Counted from the first letter of the stretch, positions 1-11,239 are shown. The stretch is 32,000 bases of DNA from a cyanobacterium endosymbiont of Braarudosphaera bigelowii (GCF_020885515.1 NZ_AP024987.1:480001-512000), one strand, 5' to 3'. Notes: generated by a model not told the origin, from the sequence alone. Numbers and translations: made by a program.

Positions 1-1114
1 TAAAAATGTTAGTGGTCTACAAGTTGGTGCGCCTATAAGGTATAGAGGTGTAACTGTTGGAAAGATTCTAGGTCTTCAACCTAACAGCAATGGAGTAAGA
101 GTTATTCTAGAAATTTCTTCTAATCAGTTAAGAATTCCAAAAGACTCTAACGTTCAAATTAACCGTTATGGGCTAATTGGTGAAGCTTCAGTTGATATTA
201 CTCCATCCCATAATTTATCCGAACAAGAATTAAATATTGATCCCATTAGTGAAAAATGTATGAAAGAAAGACAAATACTTTGTAACAATGATGAGGTAGT
301 AGGTAAGACTGGATCTCAACTAGTTGAAGCATTAACACGCTTAAGTAATGCTTATAGTGATCCTAAATTTATTGGCGATGTTAATTCAGCAGTAAGAAAT
401 GTTTCTAAAGCAGGGGACAGAATTGCTATTCTTAGCCAAGAGGTCACAAAATTATCAGAAGTTGCTCGTGGCCAAATCGATGGTGTAGGAGATGCTATTC
501 GTAATGCAGACCAAGCAGCGCAAGATGCTTCCAAACTAATAAGAAATGTTGACTCTGTTATAGTAGAAAATCGTACTAATGTTGATCGAACAATTCAGGG
601 AGCTGCTAATTTAACTAACAATTTAAATAATTTAGTAGAAGAAAATAGAGAAAGTATAGTTAATACGTTAAATAGTATTGAACAAACTAGTGATCAAATA
701 CGTTTATTGGCTATTAATTTTGGGGTAACAGTAGATAGTATTAATCAAGGTATCCATGAAATTAATATGGAACAATTTGCCAATAATCTTGAATCTTTAA
801 TGTCTAATGCAGCACAAACAGCAAAAAATTTACAAAATTTATCTAAGTCCTTAAGTGATCCTGAAGTTATAATTACCATTCAAAAAACTTTAGATTCTGC
901 ACGTGTTACTTTTGAAAATGCTCAAAAGATTACCTCTGATGTTGAAGAACTAACAGGTGATCCTATTTTCAGAAATAATATTCGTAAACTTATAGACGGT
1001 TTGGGTAATTTAGTAACTGATACTGAAAGTTTAGAACAACAAGTTTATGCTGCACAAATAATTGAATCAGTAACTAATGCAGTAGAATATAAATTGCTGT
1101 CGAAAAAAGACTAA
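1..1114 (+). CDS. MlaD/MCE-family substrate-binding protein of an ABC lipid transporter (TGD2-like), 5' end outside window
   Basis: The reading frame of ORF 260..1114 is open back to the window start (NVSGLQVGAPIRYRGVTVGKILGLQPNSNGVRVILEISSNQLRIPKDSNVQINRYGLIGEASVDITP...), a typical MCE domain, followed by a long helical region. The listed ATG at 260 is internal. Confidence 0.88.
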   Translation, partial: KNVSGLQVGAPIRYRGVTVGKILGLQPNSNGVRVILEISSNQLRIPKDSNVQINRYGLIGEASVDITPSHNLSEQELNIDPISEKCMKERQILCNNDEVVGKTGSQLVEALTRLSNAYSDPKFIGDVNSAVRNVSKAGDRIAILSQEVTKLSEVARGQIDGVGDAIRNADQAAQDASKLIRNVDSVIVENRTNVDRTIQGAANLTNNLNNLVEENRESIVNTLNSIEQTSDQIRLLAINFGVTVDSINQGIHEINMEQFANNLESLMSNAAQTAKNLQNLSKSLSDPEVIITIQKTLDSARVTFENAQKITSDVEELTGDPIFRNNIRKLIDGLGNLVTDTESLEQQVYAAQIIESVTNAVEYKLLSKKD

Positions 1115-1583
1115 ACGAGTTTCTTCCTATTATCAATCCTTTAACTAATGCGATAGAAGATAATACAAAAACTTAAATATATTAGTAATAAAAAATAGAG
1201 TATTTTGGTAAAGAACAAAGTACTTAATTATGATCTCAATATGGAATTCATTGTAAAGTTTTTCATACTGAAATATTTCTAATATCGATATTAAGATTTA
1301 TAGTAAAGTGTTATGTTTATTAAACTTAATAGTTTTGTATTTAAAGCCCTTAGTCTATAAGATATTGAAGTATTGATTATTTTAATTTCAACAATCAATA
1401 TAATGTGGTTTAAAACAATATTGCTAAAAGAAAAGTAGGTTTTAACAATTTACAAGTAGTATATTTATCTCAATGTCCGAAATCGAAATAAATAAAAAAT
1501 CAAGAAAAATTTTAAGATGATTAAAACATAGCAAAACGCAAAGTATAATACAATGCATACAAAATATTTAGAGAGAATAATAA

Positions 1584-2966
<1,383 letters not shown>

Positions 2967-2976
2967 GTTTGTAAAA

Positions 2977-2994
2977 CTAGAGAAACATCTCTAG
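2977..2994. terminator. Short hairpin downstream of pds (7-bp stem, AACA loop)
   Basis: CTAGAGA-AACA-TCTCTAG directly after the pds stop; no strong U tract. Confidence 0.35.
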
Positions 2995-3154
2995 CATATT
3001 TGTTGTCATTAATAGTACTATGATCAATAGATTCTTTTCTCATAAAGATAAAACTATTCATTAGATGTGAAAATGATAGATATATCTAAAAAGTTAAGAT
3101 TTCATTGATTTTCTACTATCTTTATCGTTATAAAAATCATTCTGCTTGTGCTGA

Positions 3155-4087
3155 ATGCTACAAATCCCTAAAACTCCCCAAACCCCAAAAGCCCTAAATT
3201 CTGTCGTAGAGGCTTATGAACGCTGTCGTCGAATTACTCAGAAATATTCTAAAACTTTTTACTTAGGAACATTATTAATGCCACCTAAGAAAAGATGCGC
3301 AATTTGGGCTCTCTACGTTTGGTGCCGACGTACTGATGAATTAGTTGATGGAGCTCAGGCTAATTTCACAACACCAGAAACCTTGCAAAAATGGGAAAAT
3401 AATTTAGAGTATTTATTTGCAGGTTATCCCTTAGATGACGAAGATGTTGCCTTAGTTGATACATTGAGAAATTTTCCGATAGAAATCGCTCCCTTCAAGG
3501 ATATGATAGCAGGTCAAAAGATGGATTTATATCGTAATCGCTATCAAACTTTTGAGGAACTTAAGCTCTACTGTTACCGTGTCGCAGGTACAGTAGGACT
3601 TATGTCTAATGCAGTTCTAGGTATCGAAGAATATCCCTCTATCGTCCCTTGGGAAATAAAATCTAAACGAAGTATTCCTAAAGAAGAGGCAATTGCCCTA
3701 GGTATTGCTAATCAATTAACAAATATACTGAGGGATATCGGAGAAGATGCTCAAAGAGGACGAATTTATTTACCTTTAGAAGATTTGGAACGTTTTAAAT
3801 ATACTGAAGAAGATTTATTTAATGGGGTAATAGATGATCGTTGGAAAAATTTAATGAATTTTCAAATTCAAAGAGCTCGACAATACTATAAAGATGCTGA
3901 ACGTGGCATTAGAGTCTTATCTAGAGACTCTCGTTGGCCTGTCTGGTCAGCTTTAATGCTTTATCAAGGTATCCTAGATATGATTGAAGCTAATGAATAT
4001 GATGTATTTTCCAAACGTGCTTTTGTTCCAAATTTCAAAAAAATTATGTATTTGCCTATTGCTTGGTTAAGAGCTCAAACACTTTAA
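3155..4087 (+). CDS. crtB: Phytoene synthase
   Basis: FYLGTLLMPPKKRCAIWALYVWCRRTDELVDG and NQLTNILRDIGEDAQRGRIYLPLEDL motifs (both Asp-rich sites); follows pds. Confidence 0.97.
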   Translation: MLQIPKTPQTPKALNSVVEAYERCRRITQKYSKTFYLGTLLMPPKKRCAIWALYVWCRRTDELVDGAQANFTTPETLQKWENNLEYLFAGYPLDDEDVALVDTLRNFPIEIAPFKDMIAGQKMDLYRNRYQTFEELKLYCYRVAGTVGLMSNAVLGIEEYPSIVPWEIKSKRSIPKEEAIALGIANQLTNILRDIGEDAQRGRIYLPLEDLERFKYTEEDLFNGVIDDRWKNLMNFQIQRARQYYKDAERGIRVLSRDSRWPVWSALMLYQGILDMIEANEYDVFSKRAFVPNFKKIMYLPIAWLRAQTL

Positions 4088-4140
4088 GTCTTTGCTTTTA
4101 TAATCGCAATCATAATTATATAAGAAAAATTTTATGTTCG

Positions 4141-4187
4141 TATGTATAATGCCGCTGCTTTATTCTAAAGCAGCGGCATTATACATA
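4141..4187. terminator. Long perfect hairpin downstream of crtB (22-bp stem, 3-nt loop)
   Basis: TATGTATAATGCCGCTGCTTTA-TTC-TAAAGCAGCGGCATTATACATA read directly. Termination function inferred; no adjacent U tract on either strand. Confidence 0.6.
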
Positions 4188-4340
4188 ATATATGAAGATA
4201 TGATTGATATCATAGGGCTTTATATTCGTTAGACTACTATTATTATTTTCCTTTATTTATTGATTAGGTCAAATTTAATTAATGAGTAGAGGAAAATATA
4301 TTAACATTAAAATAACGGAGCTAAAAAAAGAGGATTATTC

Positions 4341-4550
4341 ATGCGATATGCTGTAGTTATTGAAAAGGGCAAATATTATTATGGAGCTTATGTTCCTGAC
4401 TTACCGGAATGTTCTGCGGTTGGAAAAACTGTAGAGGAGACAAGAGAACTCATATATAACTCGATTTCTAATCATTTAGGCGGATTAGAAAAAGAAGGTA
4501 ATTCTTTTCCTAGTCCTAAAACAATATGTGAATATGTAGAAGTTAATTAA
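4341..4550 (+). CDS. HicB-like antitoxin-domain small protein (orphan)
   Basis: 69 aa: MRYAVVIEKGKYYYGAYVPDLPECSAVGKTVEETRELIYNSISNHLGGLEKEG...; HicB fold signature (YVPDLPxCxAxGxTxEE); purine-rich RBS-like AGAGGA upstream. Confidence 0.82.
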   Translation: MRYAVVIEKGKYYYGAYVPDLPECSAVGKTVEETRELIYNSISNHLGGLEKEGNSFPSPKTICEYVEVN

Positions 4551-4843
4551 CTGTAAAAGCTTATAGGAGTAATCACTTTATTGTAATCTAATTATTTTGG
4601 ATTACTCCAAACATTTTTTGTAAAAAATAATATTACTTATATTTTAAATATCCTGTGTTTAGATTTAATTGTTTAAAGAAATAATTACTAATAGAGCATT
4701 CTTCATAACTATAGAATAAGCAAGACAATAATATCATTTATGATTAATATATTGTAAAAACTTAGAAAAGGAAAATACAAATTGATTATTTACCATAGAT
4801 GATTATAATAAATAAGAAATAATTTAAAATTAACGCAAATTAA

Positions 4844-5935
4844 ATGCTAAAAGCTGGAATAGTTGGACTCCCTAATGTTGGTAAATCGACATTATTTAAT
4901 GCTTTAGTCGCTAATGCTAAAGCAGATGCAGCAAACTTTCCCTTTTGTACTATTGAACCTAACGTAGGCCTAGTATCTGTTCCTGATAAAAGATTAGAAA
5001 TTTTAGCTGAACTTTCCAAGTCAGAAAAAATTCTACCCACTCGTATTGAATTTGTAGATATTGCCGGATTAGTCAAAGGTGCCGCACAGGGAGAAGGTCT
5101 CGGGAATCAATTTTTAGCTAATATTCGTGAAGTAGATGCCATAGTTCATGTTGTACGTTGTTTTGATAATGATGATATTATTCATGTATCAGGTTCTGTA
5201 AATCCAATGAGAGATATTGAAACTATCAATCTAGAATTAATTTTGGCTGATCTTTCTCAAGTCGAAAAACGTTTAAATAGATTAAAGAAACAAAAAAATA
5301 GTCAGAAAGAAGAACAGGAAGAAATATCTGTTTTAGAAAAGTTTATTATCCAGCTTAATCAAGGTATGCCGGCCCGTGATTTAGAACTAACAGAAGAGGA
5401 AAAAATATTAGCTAAGCCTTTAGAATTACTTACCCTTAAACCGGTTATCTATGCTACTAATGTATCTGAAGATGATTTAAGTTCAGAAAATAATTGGGTA
5501 AAAGAAGTAAAAAAAATTGCTTCTACTAGTCATGCAAAAGTGGTAGTAGTATCTGCTCAAGTAGAGTCAGAGCTAATAGAAATTTCAGATGAAGAAAAAT
5601 TAGAGTTTTTAAATGCCTTAGGAGTAAATGAGAGTGGCTTAAAGCTTTTAATCAAAGCAGTTTATGACTTGCTTGGATTAAGAACATATTTAACTACTGG
5701 ACCTAAAGAAACTCGTGCTTGGACTATTCATGCTGGTATGAAAGCACCTCAAGCTGCAGGTGTAATTCATTCAGACTTTGAGAAAGGATTTATTCGTGCT
5801 GAGACTGTCTCTTACGAAGATTTAGTATCTTACAAAACTATTACTTTAGCAAAAGAACAAGGCTTAGTCAGAAGTGAGGGTAAAGACTATATTGTTCAAG
5901 AAGGGGATGTTATATTATTTAGATTTAATGTTTAA
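4844..5935 (+). CDS. ychF: Redox-regulated/ribosome-associated GTPase YchF (OBG family)
   Basis: GIVGLPNVGKSTLFNALV, NFPFCTIEPNVG, FVDIAGLVKGAAQGEGLGNQFL, and C-terminal TGS domain (IHSDFEKGFIRAETVSYEDL). Confidence 0.97.
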   Translation: MLKAGIVGLPNVGKSTLFNALVANAKADAANFPFCTIEPNVGLVSVPDKRLEILAELSKSEKILPTRIEFVDIAGLVKGAAQGEGLGNQFLANIREVDAIVHVVRCFDNDDIIHVSGSVNPMRDIETINLELILADLSQVEKRLNRLKKQKNSQKEEQEEISVLEKFIIQLNQGMPARDLELTEEEKILAKPLELLTLKPVIYATNVSEDDLSSENNWVKEVKKIASTSHAKVVVVSAQVESELIEISDEEKLEFLNALGVNESGLKLLIKAVYDLLGLRTYLTTGPKETRAWTIHAGMKAPQAAGVIHSDFEKGFIRAETVSYEDLVSYKTITLAKEQGLVRSEGKDYIVQEGDVILFRFNV

Positions 5936-6171
5936 TAGCTTTCTAAGAATATATGGTCAACATTAACTATTAATTATTAATCAATTTAATCTAAATAGTA
6001 TACTAAGAGCGATTAATATTTATTTAATAGTATTAGTTTGTTGAGAAAAAGTAACCATACCTACTATTCATACTTTGAGATATAAATCAAATATTTTTTT
6101 CTTTTATACTAAAGAAGATACACAAAAGAGTTAAAATATTTTAAGCAACTATTAAGGGGTATTCAAAACTA

Positions 6172-6273
6172 ATGTCAGGACCTGTTATTCTTGGATTCGG
6201 CGGATATATTATTTCCTATACTATGATTGCTCTTGGATTATATTTTGGATTACGTGCTGTTAAAATAATCTAA
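6172..6273 (+). CDS. petL: Candidate cytochrome b6-f complex subunit PetL (33 aa), not in the supplied ORF track
   Basis: ATG..TAA encodes MSGPVILGFGGYIISYTMIALGLYFGLRAVKII: single TM helix ending in a GLYFGLRAxKxI tail typical of cyanobacterial PetL; AAGGGG RBS-like sequence upstream at about 6155. Confidence 0.7.
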   Translation: MSGPVILGFGGYIISYTMIALGLYFGLRAVKII

Positions 6274-6314
6274 GTAGAATATCGGCATAATGCCGATATT
6301 CTACTTAGATTATT
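6264..6314. terminator. Very long perfect hairpin (24-bp stem, 3-nt loop) overlapping the end of the petL candidate
   Basis: AATAATCTAAGTAGAATATCGGCA-TAA-TGCCGATATTCTACTTAGATTATT read base by base. Function as terminator/3'-end stabiliser inferred. Confidence 0.65.
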
Positions 6315-6582
6315 CTAACGGTAAAAGTTATCTTCAAAACGTTTATCAAATTTTAGAAAGAATTAGCCTTAGTAAAAATAAAGTTAATAATTAAGTAAAT
6401 TATTTCAGTGATTTTAAGACACATAACAAGGCATATAGAATATTAGTCTTCCGTGAAATATAATCGTATTATTTTGACTTTGTATTTTTATCTAACCTGA
6501 TTACTTAAATGATTTTTAATTTTTTATTTAGAATTCTTCAATGCTTCTGCTAGAATTCTTATGGCTTCTATCATTTTGACTA

Positions 6583-7608
6583 ATGGCAGGAAATCGAGCA
6601 AGAATAGCAGTAGATGCTATGGGAGGAGATTATGCTCCTATAGAAATTATAAAAGGGGCTATCCGAGCCTCAAGAGAATTAGATGTGGATATTCTGTTGG
6701 TAGGTGATCGTCAACAAATTCAAGCATCTTTTCAAGATAGTAATAAGTTTTCTAATATTGAAGTAGTAGATGCAGATGAAATAATCGCTATGCACGAAGG
6801 AATTAACGAACTTCGTCGTAAGCCTAAAGCTTCAATCAATGTTGCTATGGACTTAGTTAAAAAAAATCGTGCAGATGCAGTGATATCCGCTGGACATTCT
6901 GGAGCAGCCATGGGAGCTGCTACTCTTAAATTAGGACGTCTTAAAGGCATTGATCGTCCAGCTATTGGAGCTGTTTTTCCAACTCTTATAGTGAACAAGT
7001 CGGTTATTGTTTTGGACGTAGGAGCTAATGTAGATTGTCGTCCTAAATACTTAGAACAATTTGCTCTAATGGGAACAGTTTATAGTAGATATGTGATGGG
7101 AGTAGAAAGTCCAAAAGTAGGGCTACTAAATATTGGAGAAGAACCAAATAAAGGAAACGATCTTGCTTTAACAACTTATAAGTTGTTAAAAGATAATAAA
7201 GTGATTCCTTTTGTTGGTAATGCAGAAGGCCGAGATGTACTTTCGGGAAAATTTGACGTTATTATTTGTGATGGCTTTGTAGGTAATGTTTTGCTCAAAT
7301 TTGCTGAAGCAGTTGGTGACATAGTTTTACAAATTATACAGGAAGAGCTACCCCAAGGTTGGAAAGGATTGCTAGGGACAACTATATTAAAACCCAATCT
7401 AAAAAAACTCAAACAACGGATAGATCATGCTGAACATGGTGGTGGTTTATTATTGGGGGTAGCTGGCATTTGTATTATTAGCCATGGTAGTTCCCAAGCT
7501 CCATCAATCTTTAATGCAATTCGTTTAGCTAAAGAAGCTGTTGATCATAAAGTATTAGAACAGATTAATTCTTATGGAGATAAGCTAATGTCAGATAACT
7601 CTAATTAA
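6583..7608 (+). CDS. plsX: Phosphate acyltransferase PlsX
   Basis: RIAVDAMGGDYAP, SAGHSGAAMGAA, DVGANVDCRP, GLLNIGEEPNKGN, EHGGGLLLGV motifs. Confidence 0.96.
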   Translation: MAGNRARIAVDAMGGDYAPIEIIKGAIRASRELDVDILLVGDRQQIQASFQDSNKFSNIEVVDADEIIAMHEGINELRRKPKASINVAMDLVKKNRADAVISAGHSGAAMGAATLKLGRLKGIDRPAIGAVFPTLIVNKSVIVLDVGANVDCRPKYLEQFALMGTVYSRYVMGVESPKVGLLNIGEEPNKGNDLALTTYKLLKDNKVIPFVGNAEGRDVLSGKFDVIICDGFVGNVLLKFAEAVGDIVLQIIQEELPQGWKGLLGTTILKPNLKKLKQRIDHAEHGGGLLLGVAGICIISHGSSQAPSIFNAIRLAKEAVDHKVLEQINSYGDKLMSDNSN

Positions 7609-7803
7609 CAGATTGAGTAATAGCAAAAATAAAACTTCTAAATGCCATCTATTATTATTTACTGTTTTTCTTTTTTCATATCTCTAATTTTGAGGTAGAA
7701 GAATATAAAATATAAGTAAAAGTAAGAAAAGAATTTTTCAAAATTTTAATTTTAAATCCTCTTTTATTCAATTATGCTAAAAAATTATCAGGGGGAATAA
7801 TTA

Positions 7804-8811
7804 TTGAAAGAGTTAGATATTGGTATGGCTATTACTGGCTGTGGTTCAGCTACGCCAAAACAAATAATGACAAATAACGATATAAGCCATTTAGTAGATA
7901 CGTCTGATGAATGGATTTATACTAGAACAGGCATTAAAGAAAGGCGTTTAGCAACAAACAACTTATCTTTAAGTGATCTCTCAGCTGAAGCTGCAGTTAA
8001 AGGAATTGCTATGGCAGGACTTTCTCCTTCTGATATTGACTTAATTATCTTAGCAACCTCTACAGCTGATGATTTGTTTGGCAGTGCATCTAAGATTCAA
8101 AATATTTTGAAAGCTGAGAATGCAGTAGCTTTTGATTTAACAGCCGCTTGTTCAGGTTTTGTCTTTGGATTAATTACAGCTGCTCAATTTATCTATTCAG
8201 GAGTTTACCAAAAGGTTCTGGTAATTGGTGGTGATATGCTTTCTCGTTGGGTAAACTGGTCTGATCGTACTACTTGTGTATTATTTGGAGATGGAGCTGG
8301 AGCAGTGGTTTGTCAACGAACTACTAAAAATAACCACCTGCTGGGCTTTGCTATGTATAGTGATGGAAAACAAAATCAGTCCCTTAATTTAGCATATAAC
8401 TTTCAAGCTAAATTTCTTAAAAATGGGATGGTTGTTAATCAAGGAAACTATCAATTTCTTACGATGAAAGGAAAAGAGATTTATCGTTTTGCTATTGAGA
8501 AAGTTCCAGAAGTTATTGAGAATGCTCTTTCTAAAGCAGAATTGACAGTTGACGATATTGACTGGCTTATTTTGCATCAGGCAAATCAGAGGATTATAAA
8601 TGCAGTTGCTAAAAAACTTAAAATTCCATCAGAAAAGGTAATTTCGAATGTGAGTAAGTATGGTAATACTTCAGCTGCATCTATTCCTCTAGCTCTAGAT
8701 GAAGCCGTAAGATCTGGAAAAATAAAATCAGGTAATATTGTTGCTAGCTCAGGTTTCGGTGCTGGCTTAACTTGGGGAGCAGTTATTTTTAGATGGAGTA
8801 TTGAAGTTTAA
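7804..8811 (+). CDS. fabH: Beta-ketoacyl-ACP synthase III (TTG start)
   Basis: DEWIYTRTGIKERR, FDLTAACSGFVFGL (Cys active site), HQANQRIINAVAKKL, GNTSAASIPLALDEA. Confidence 0.96.
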   Translation: MKELDIGMAITGCGSATPKQIMTNNDISHLVDTSDEWIYTRTGIKERRLATNNLSLSDLSAEAAVKGIAMAGLSPSDIDLIILATSTADDLFGSASKIQNILKAENAVAFDLTAACSGFVFGLITAAQFIYSGVYQKVLVIGGDMLSRWVNWSDRTTCVLFGDGAGAVVCQRTTKNNHLLGFAMYSDGKQNQSLNLAYNFQAKFLKNGMVVNQGNYQFLTMKGKEIYRFAIEKVPEVIENALSKAELTVDDIDWLILHQANQRIINAVAKKLKIPSEKVISNVSKYGNTSAASIPLALDEAVRSGKIKSGNIVASSGFGAGLTWGAVIFRWSIEV

Positions 8812-8839
8812 TCTTTTTATTAAACATTCTTGAAAAAAT

Positions 8840-9718
8840 ATGGTGACAAAAACAGCGTGGATTTTTCCGGGACAGGGATCACAAATAGTTGGTATGGGAC
8901 GAGATCTGGCAACAACTGACTTAGGAAAAGAATATTTTAGAAAAGCACAAGATATTTTAGGATGGTCTGTACTTGAAGTATGTCAGGGAGATACAAAAAT
9001 TTTATCTAGGACCTTATATACTCAACCTTGTCTTTACGTAATCCAATGTATTCTTATTAATTTATTAAAGCAAAATCAAACAAATCCAAATTTTCTAGCT
9101 GGTCATAGTTTGGGAGAATATGCAGCCTTACATGCAGCAGAAGTCTTTGACTTTACCACAGGATTACAACTAGTTAAAAACCGTGCAGAATTTATGGATA
9201 ATGTTGTTGGAGGAAAAATGGTCGCTTTAATAAAATTTGATCGCTTATATCTGAATGAAATAATTGCAAATGTTCCTAATGTAGTTTTAGCTAATGACAA
9301 TAGTGAACAACAAGTAGTTATTTCAGGTACTCCTCAAGCAGTTGACAAAGTTTCTAATAGTATTAAGGCTAAAAGAGTAATTGAACTCAAGGTTTCCGGA
9401 GCATTTCACTCCCATTTAATGAAAGAAGCATCTGAACAATTTCAAGTATTATTAGAAAATATTAATTTCGAAGAAGCACAAGTTCCTGTTCTTTCAAATG
9501 TTGAAGCAGTTCCAAGAACTTCTAAAATTGTTTTAAAGGAAAATCTAAAAAAACAAATGACTGGTTCAGTTCGTTGGCGCGAAACTATGATATCTATGGT
9601 AGAGCACGAAGTAATTAGAATAGTAGAAATTGGACCAGGGAAAATTTTATCTAATTTATTTAAGAAAGAATATACTCAAATTACTATAAAAAATATTAGC
9701 TCCCTATCTGATTTTTGA
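8840..9718 (+). CDS. fabD: Malonyl-CoA:ACP transacylase
   Basis: WIFPGQGSQIVGMGRDL, LAGHSLGEYAALHAA (GHSxG), SGAFHSHLM; directly follows fabH. Confidence 0.96.
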   Translation: MVTKTAWIFPGQGSQIVGMGRDLATTDLGKEYFRKAQDILGWSVLEVCQGDTKILSRTLYTQPCLYVIQCILINLLKQNQTNPNFLAGHSLGEYAALHAAEVFDFTTGLQLVKNRAEFMDNVVGGKMVALIKFDRLYLNEIIANVPNVVLANDNSEQQVVISGTPQAVDKVSNSIKAKRVIELKVSGAFHSHLMKEASEQFQVLLENINFEEAQVPVLSNVEAVPRTSKIVLKENLKKQMTGSVRWRETMISMVEHEVIRIVEIGPGKILSNLFKKEYTQITIKNISSLSDF

Positions 9719-9805
9719 GAATGATATAAAAAAATGATTTTATTTGTAGAAAAGTTAGATGTTTATATTTATACATTGTTCGACAATTCTTTATGAAGAT
9801 ATGTA

Positions 9806-9821
9806 AGATTATTTGTAATCT
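9806..9821. terminator. Small hairpin in the convergent fabD/hypD spacer
   Basis: AGATTA-TTTG-TAATCT, 6-bp stem; weak. Confidence 0.2.
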
Positions 9822-9850
9822 AGTTATCTCAAAATAAACAGTTTATGCTC

Positions 9851-10957
9851 TCAAGGCTGAGGAGAGTGGCTACGATATCTATAATAAGCTGAACAAGTTC
9901 CTTCTGAAGATACCATAGGAGCACCTAAGGGACTTTCTGGAGTACATACATTTCCAAAAGCTGGACAATCATAAGGTTTTTTTTGCCCTTGCATAATATC
10001 ACCACTAATACACACTTCTGGATACGCTGATTGAACAGTTTTATCTTTAGAAATTTTAAAGCGATTTAAAGCATCATAAAATTGATATTCAGGCCTTAAA
10101 GATAACCCACTCTCTGAAATTTCACCGATACCTCTCCAACAACGAGATACTGTTGTAAAAATTTCTTGGACTAACTGCTTTGCTAATATATTTCCTTCAA
10201 TTTTGACAGAACGAAAGTATTGATTCTTGCATTCAAACTTACCAGATTCTAGTTGTAATACACATTGATAAATTCCCTTTAAGATATCTAAAGGTTCAAA
10301 CCCTGTTACTATAATAGGAATCTTATGTTTATTGGAGATAGCTTGATAGTCTTCATATCCTGTTATTGTACAAACATGACCGGCAGCCAAAAATCCTTGT
10401 ACTGTACAATTAGGAGATGATAAAAGCATTTTCATAGCTGGCGGGACTAAAACATGGGAAACTAATAAAGAAAAATTTTTAATGTTTTGGTGTTTTGCTT
10501 GATATACAGCCATTGCTGTTGCAGGAGCTGTTGTCTCAAAACCAACAGCAAAAAAAACAATTTGTTTGTCAGGATTTTCTTGAGCAATCTTCAAACTATC
10601 TAAAGGAGAATAAACAATACGTACATCTCCTCCAGAAGCTTTTACCATAAGCAAATCTTTACTTGTCCCTGGGACTCTTAACATATCCCCGAAAGAACAA
10701 AAAATAACATTAGGTAAATTGGCTATAATCAAGGCGTAATCAATCAATTCTATAGAAGTTACGCAAACAGGACATCCTGGTCCATGTATTAAAGTTATTT
10801 CAGGGGGTAGTAGCTGATCAATCCCGTACTTAAAGATTGAGTGTGTTTGTCCACCACAAATCTCCATAATTGTCCAAGGCTGACTAACATTTTTTACAAT
10901 GTTTTTAGTAAATATTTTAACTAATTTAGAATCACGGTATTCATCAACAAATCTCAT
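9851..10957 (-). CDS. hypD: [NiFe] hydrogenase maturation factor HypD
   Basis: [40 protein letters not shown], [38 protein letters not shown] Cys-rich C-terminus. Confidence 0.96.
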   Translation of the reverse strand: MRFVDEYRDSKLVKIFTKNIVKNVSQPWTIMEICGGQTHSIFKYGIDQLLPPEITLIHGPGCPVCVTSIELIDYALIIANLPNVIFCSFGDMLRVPGTSKDLLMVKASGGDVRIVYSPLDSLKIAQENPDKQIVFFAVGFETTAPATAMAVYQAKHQNIKNFSLLVSHVLVPPAMKMLLSSPNCTVQGFLAAGHVCTITGYEDYQAISNKHKIPIIVTGFEPLDILKGIYQCVLQLESGKFECKNQYFRSVKIEGNILAKQLVQEIFTTVSRCWRGIGEISESGLSLRPEYQFYDALNRFKISKDKTVQSAYPEVCISGDIMQGQKKPYDCPAFGNVCTPESPLGAPMVSSEGTCSAYYRYRSHSPQP

Positions 10958-11239
10958 AGTTATCTTTTAAAGTATAATTTCTCTGAATAGACTCTAAATA
11001 TTAAGATTACCGGTTCGATTCTATATGTTGAATTTAATATATACAAGAAAATTAATTGTTTCTTAATTGTTGTATCTCTAAAGTTAGGTATTTGAAGATA
11101 GTAATATTCTTATAAAACTAACATAGAGTTAATTACCTAACTTCAGATAAACACTAACTTGATATTATATCCTTATAGTTGTTAAGATAAAATCTCCAGA
11201 GAAAACTTAAGTTAATTTTTAAATCGTAGGTTTTTACTT

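Noticed and set aside
260-262. ATG at 260 as the start of the MCE protein
   Set aside because: The same frame is open upstream to the window edge and encodes the conserved MCE domain, so the true start lies outside the window.
352-534. Antisense ORF inside the MCE gene, plus the similar antisense or overlapping ORFs at 4840-5076, 6732-6998, 7176-7412, 8389-8577, 9103-9300, 19223-19429, 21877-22191, 26320-26526, 29056-29310 and 29630-29917
   Set aside because: All lie opposite strongly conserved genes and encode low-complexity or non-protein-like peptides with no family signature; treated as spurious.
11012-11021. GGTTCGATTC resembling a tRNA T-loop
   Set aside because: The flanking bases do not form a 5-bp T stem and no acceptor, D or anticodon arms are visible.
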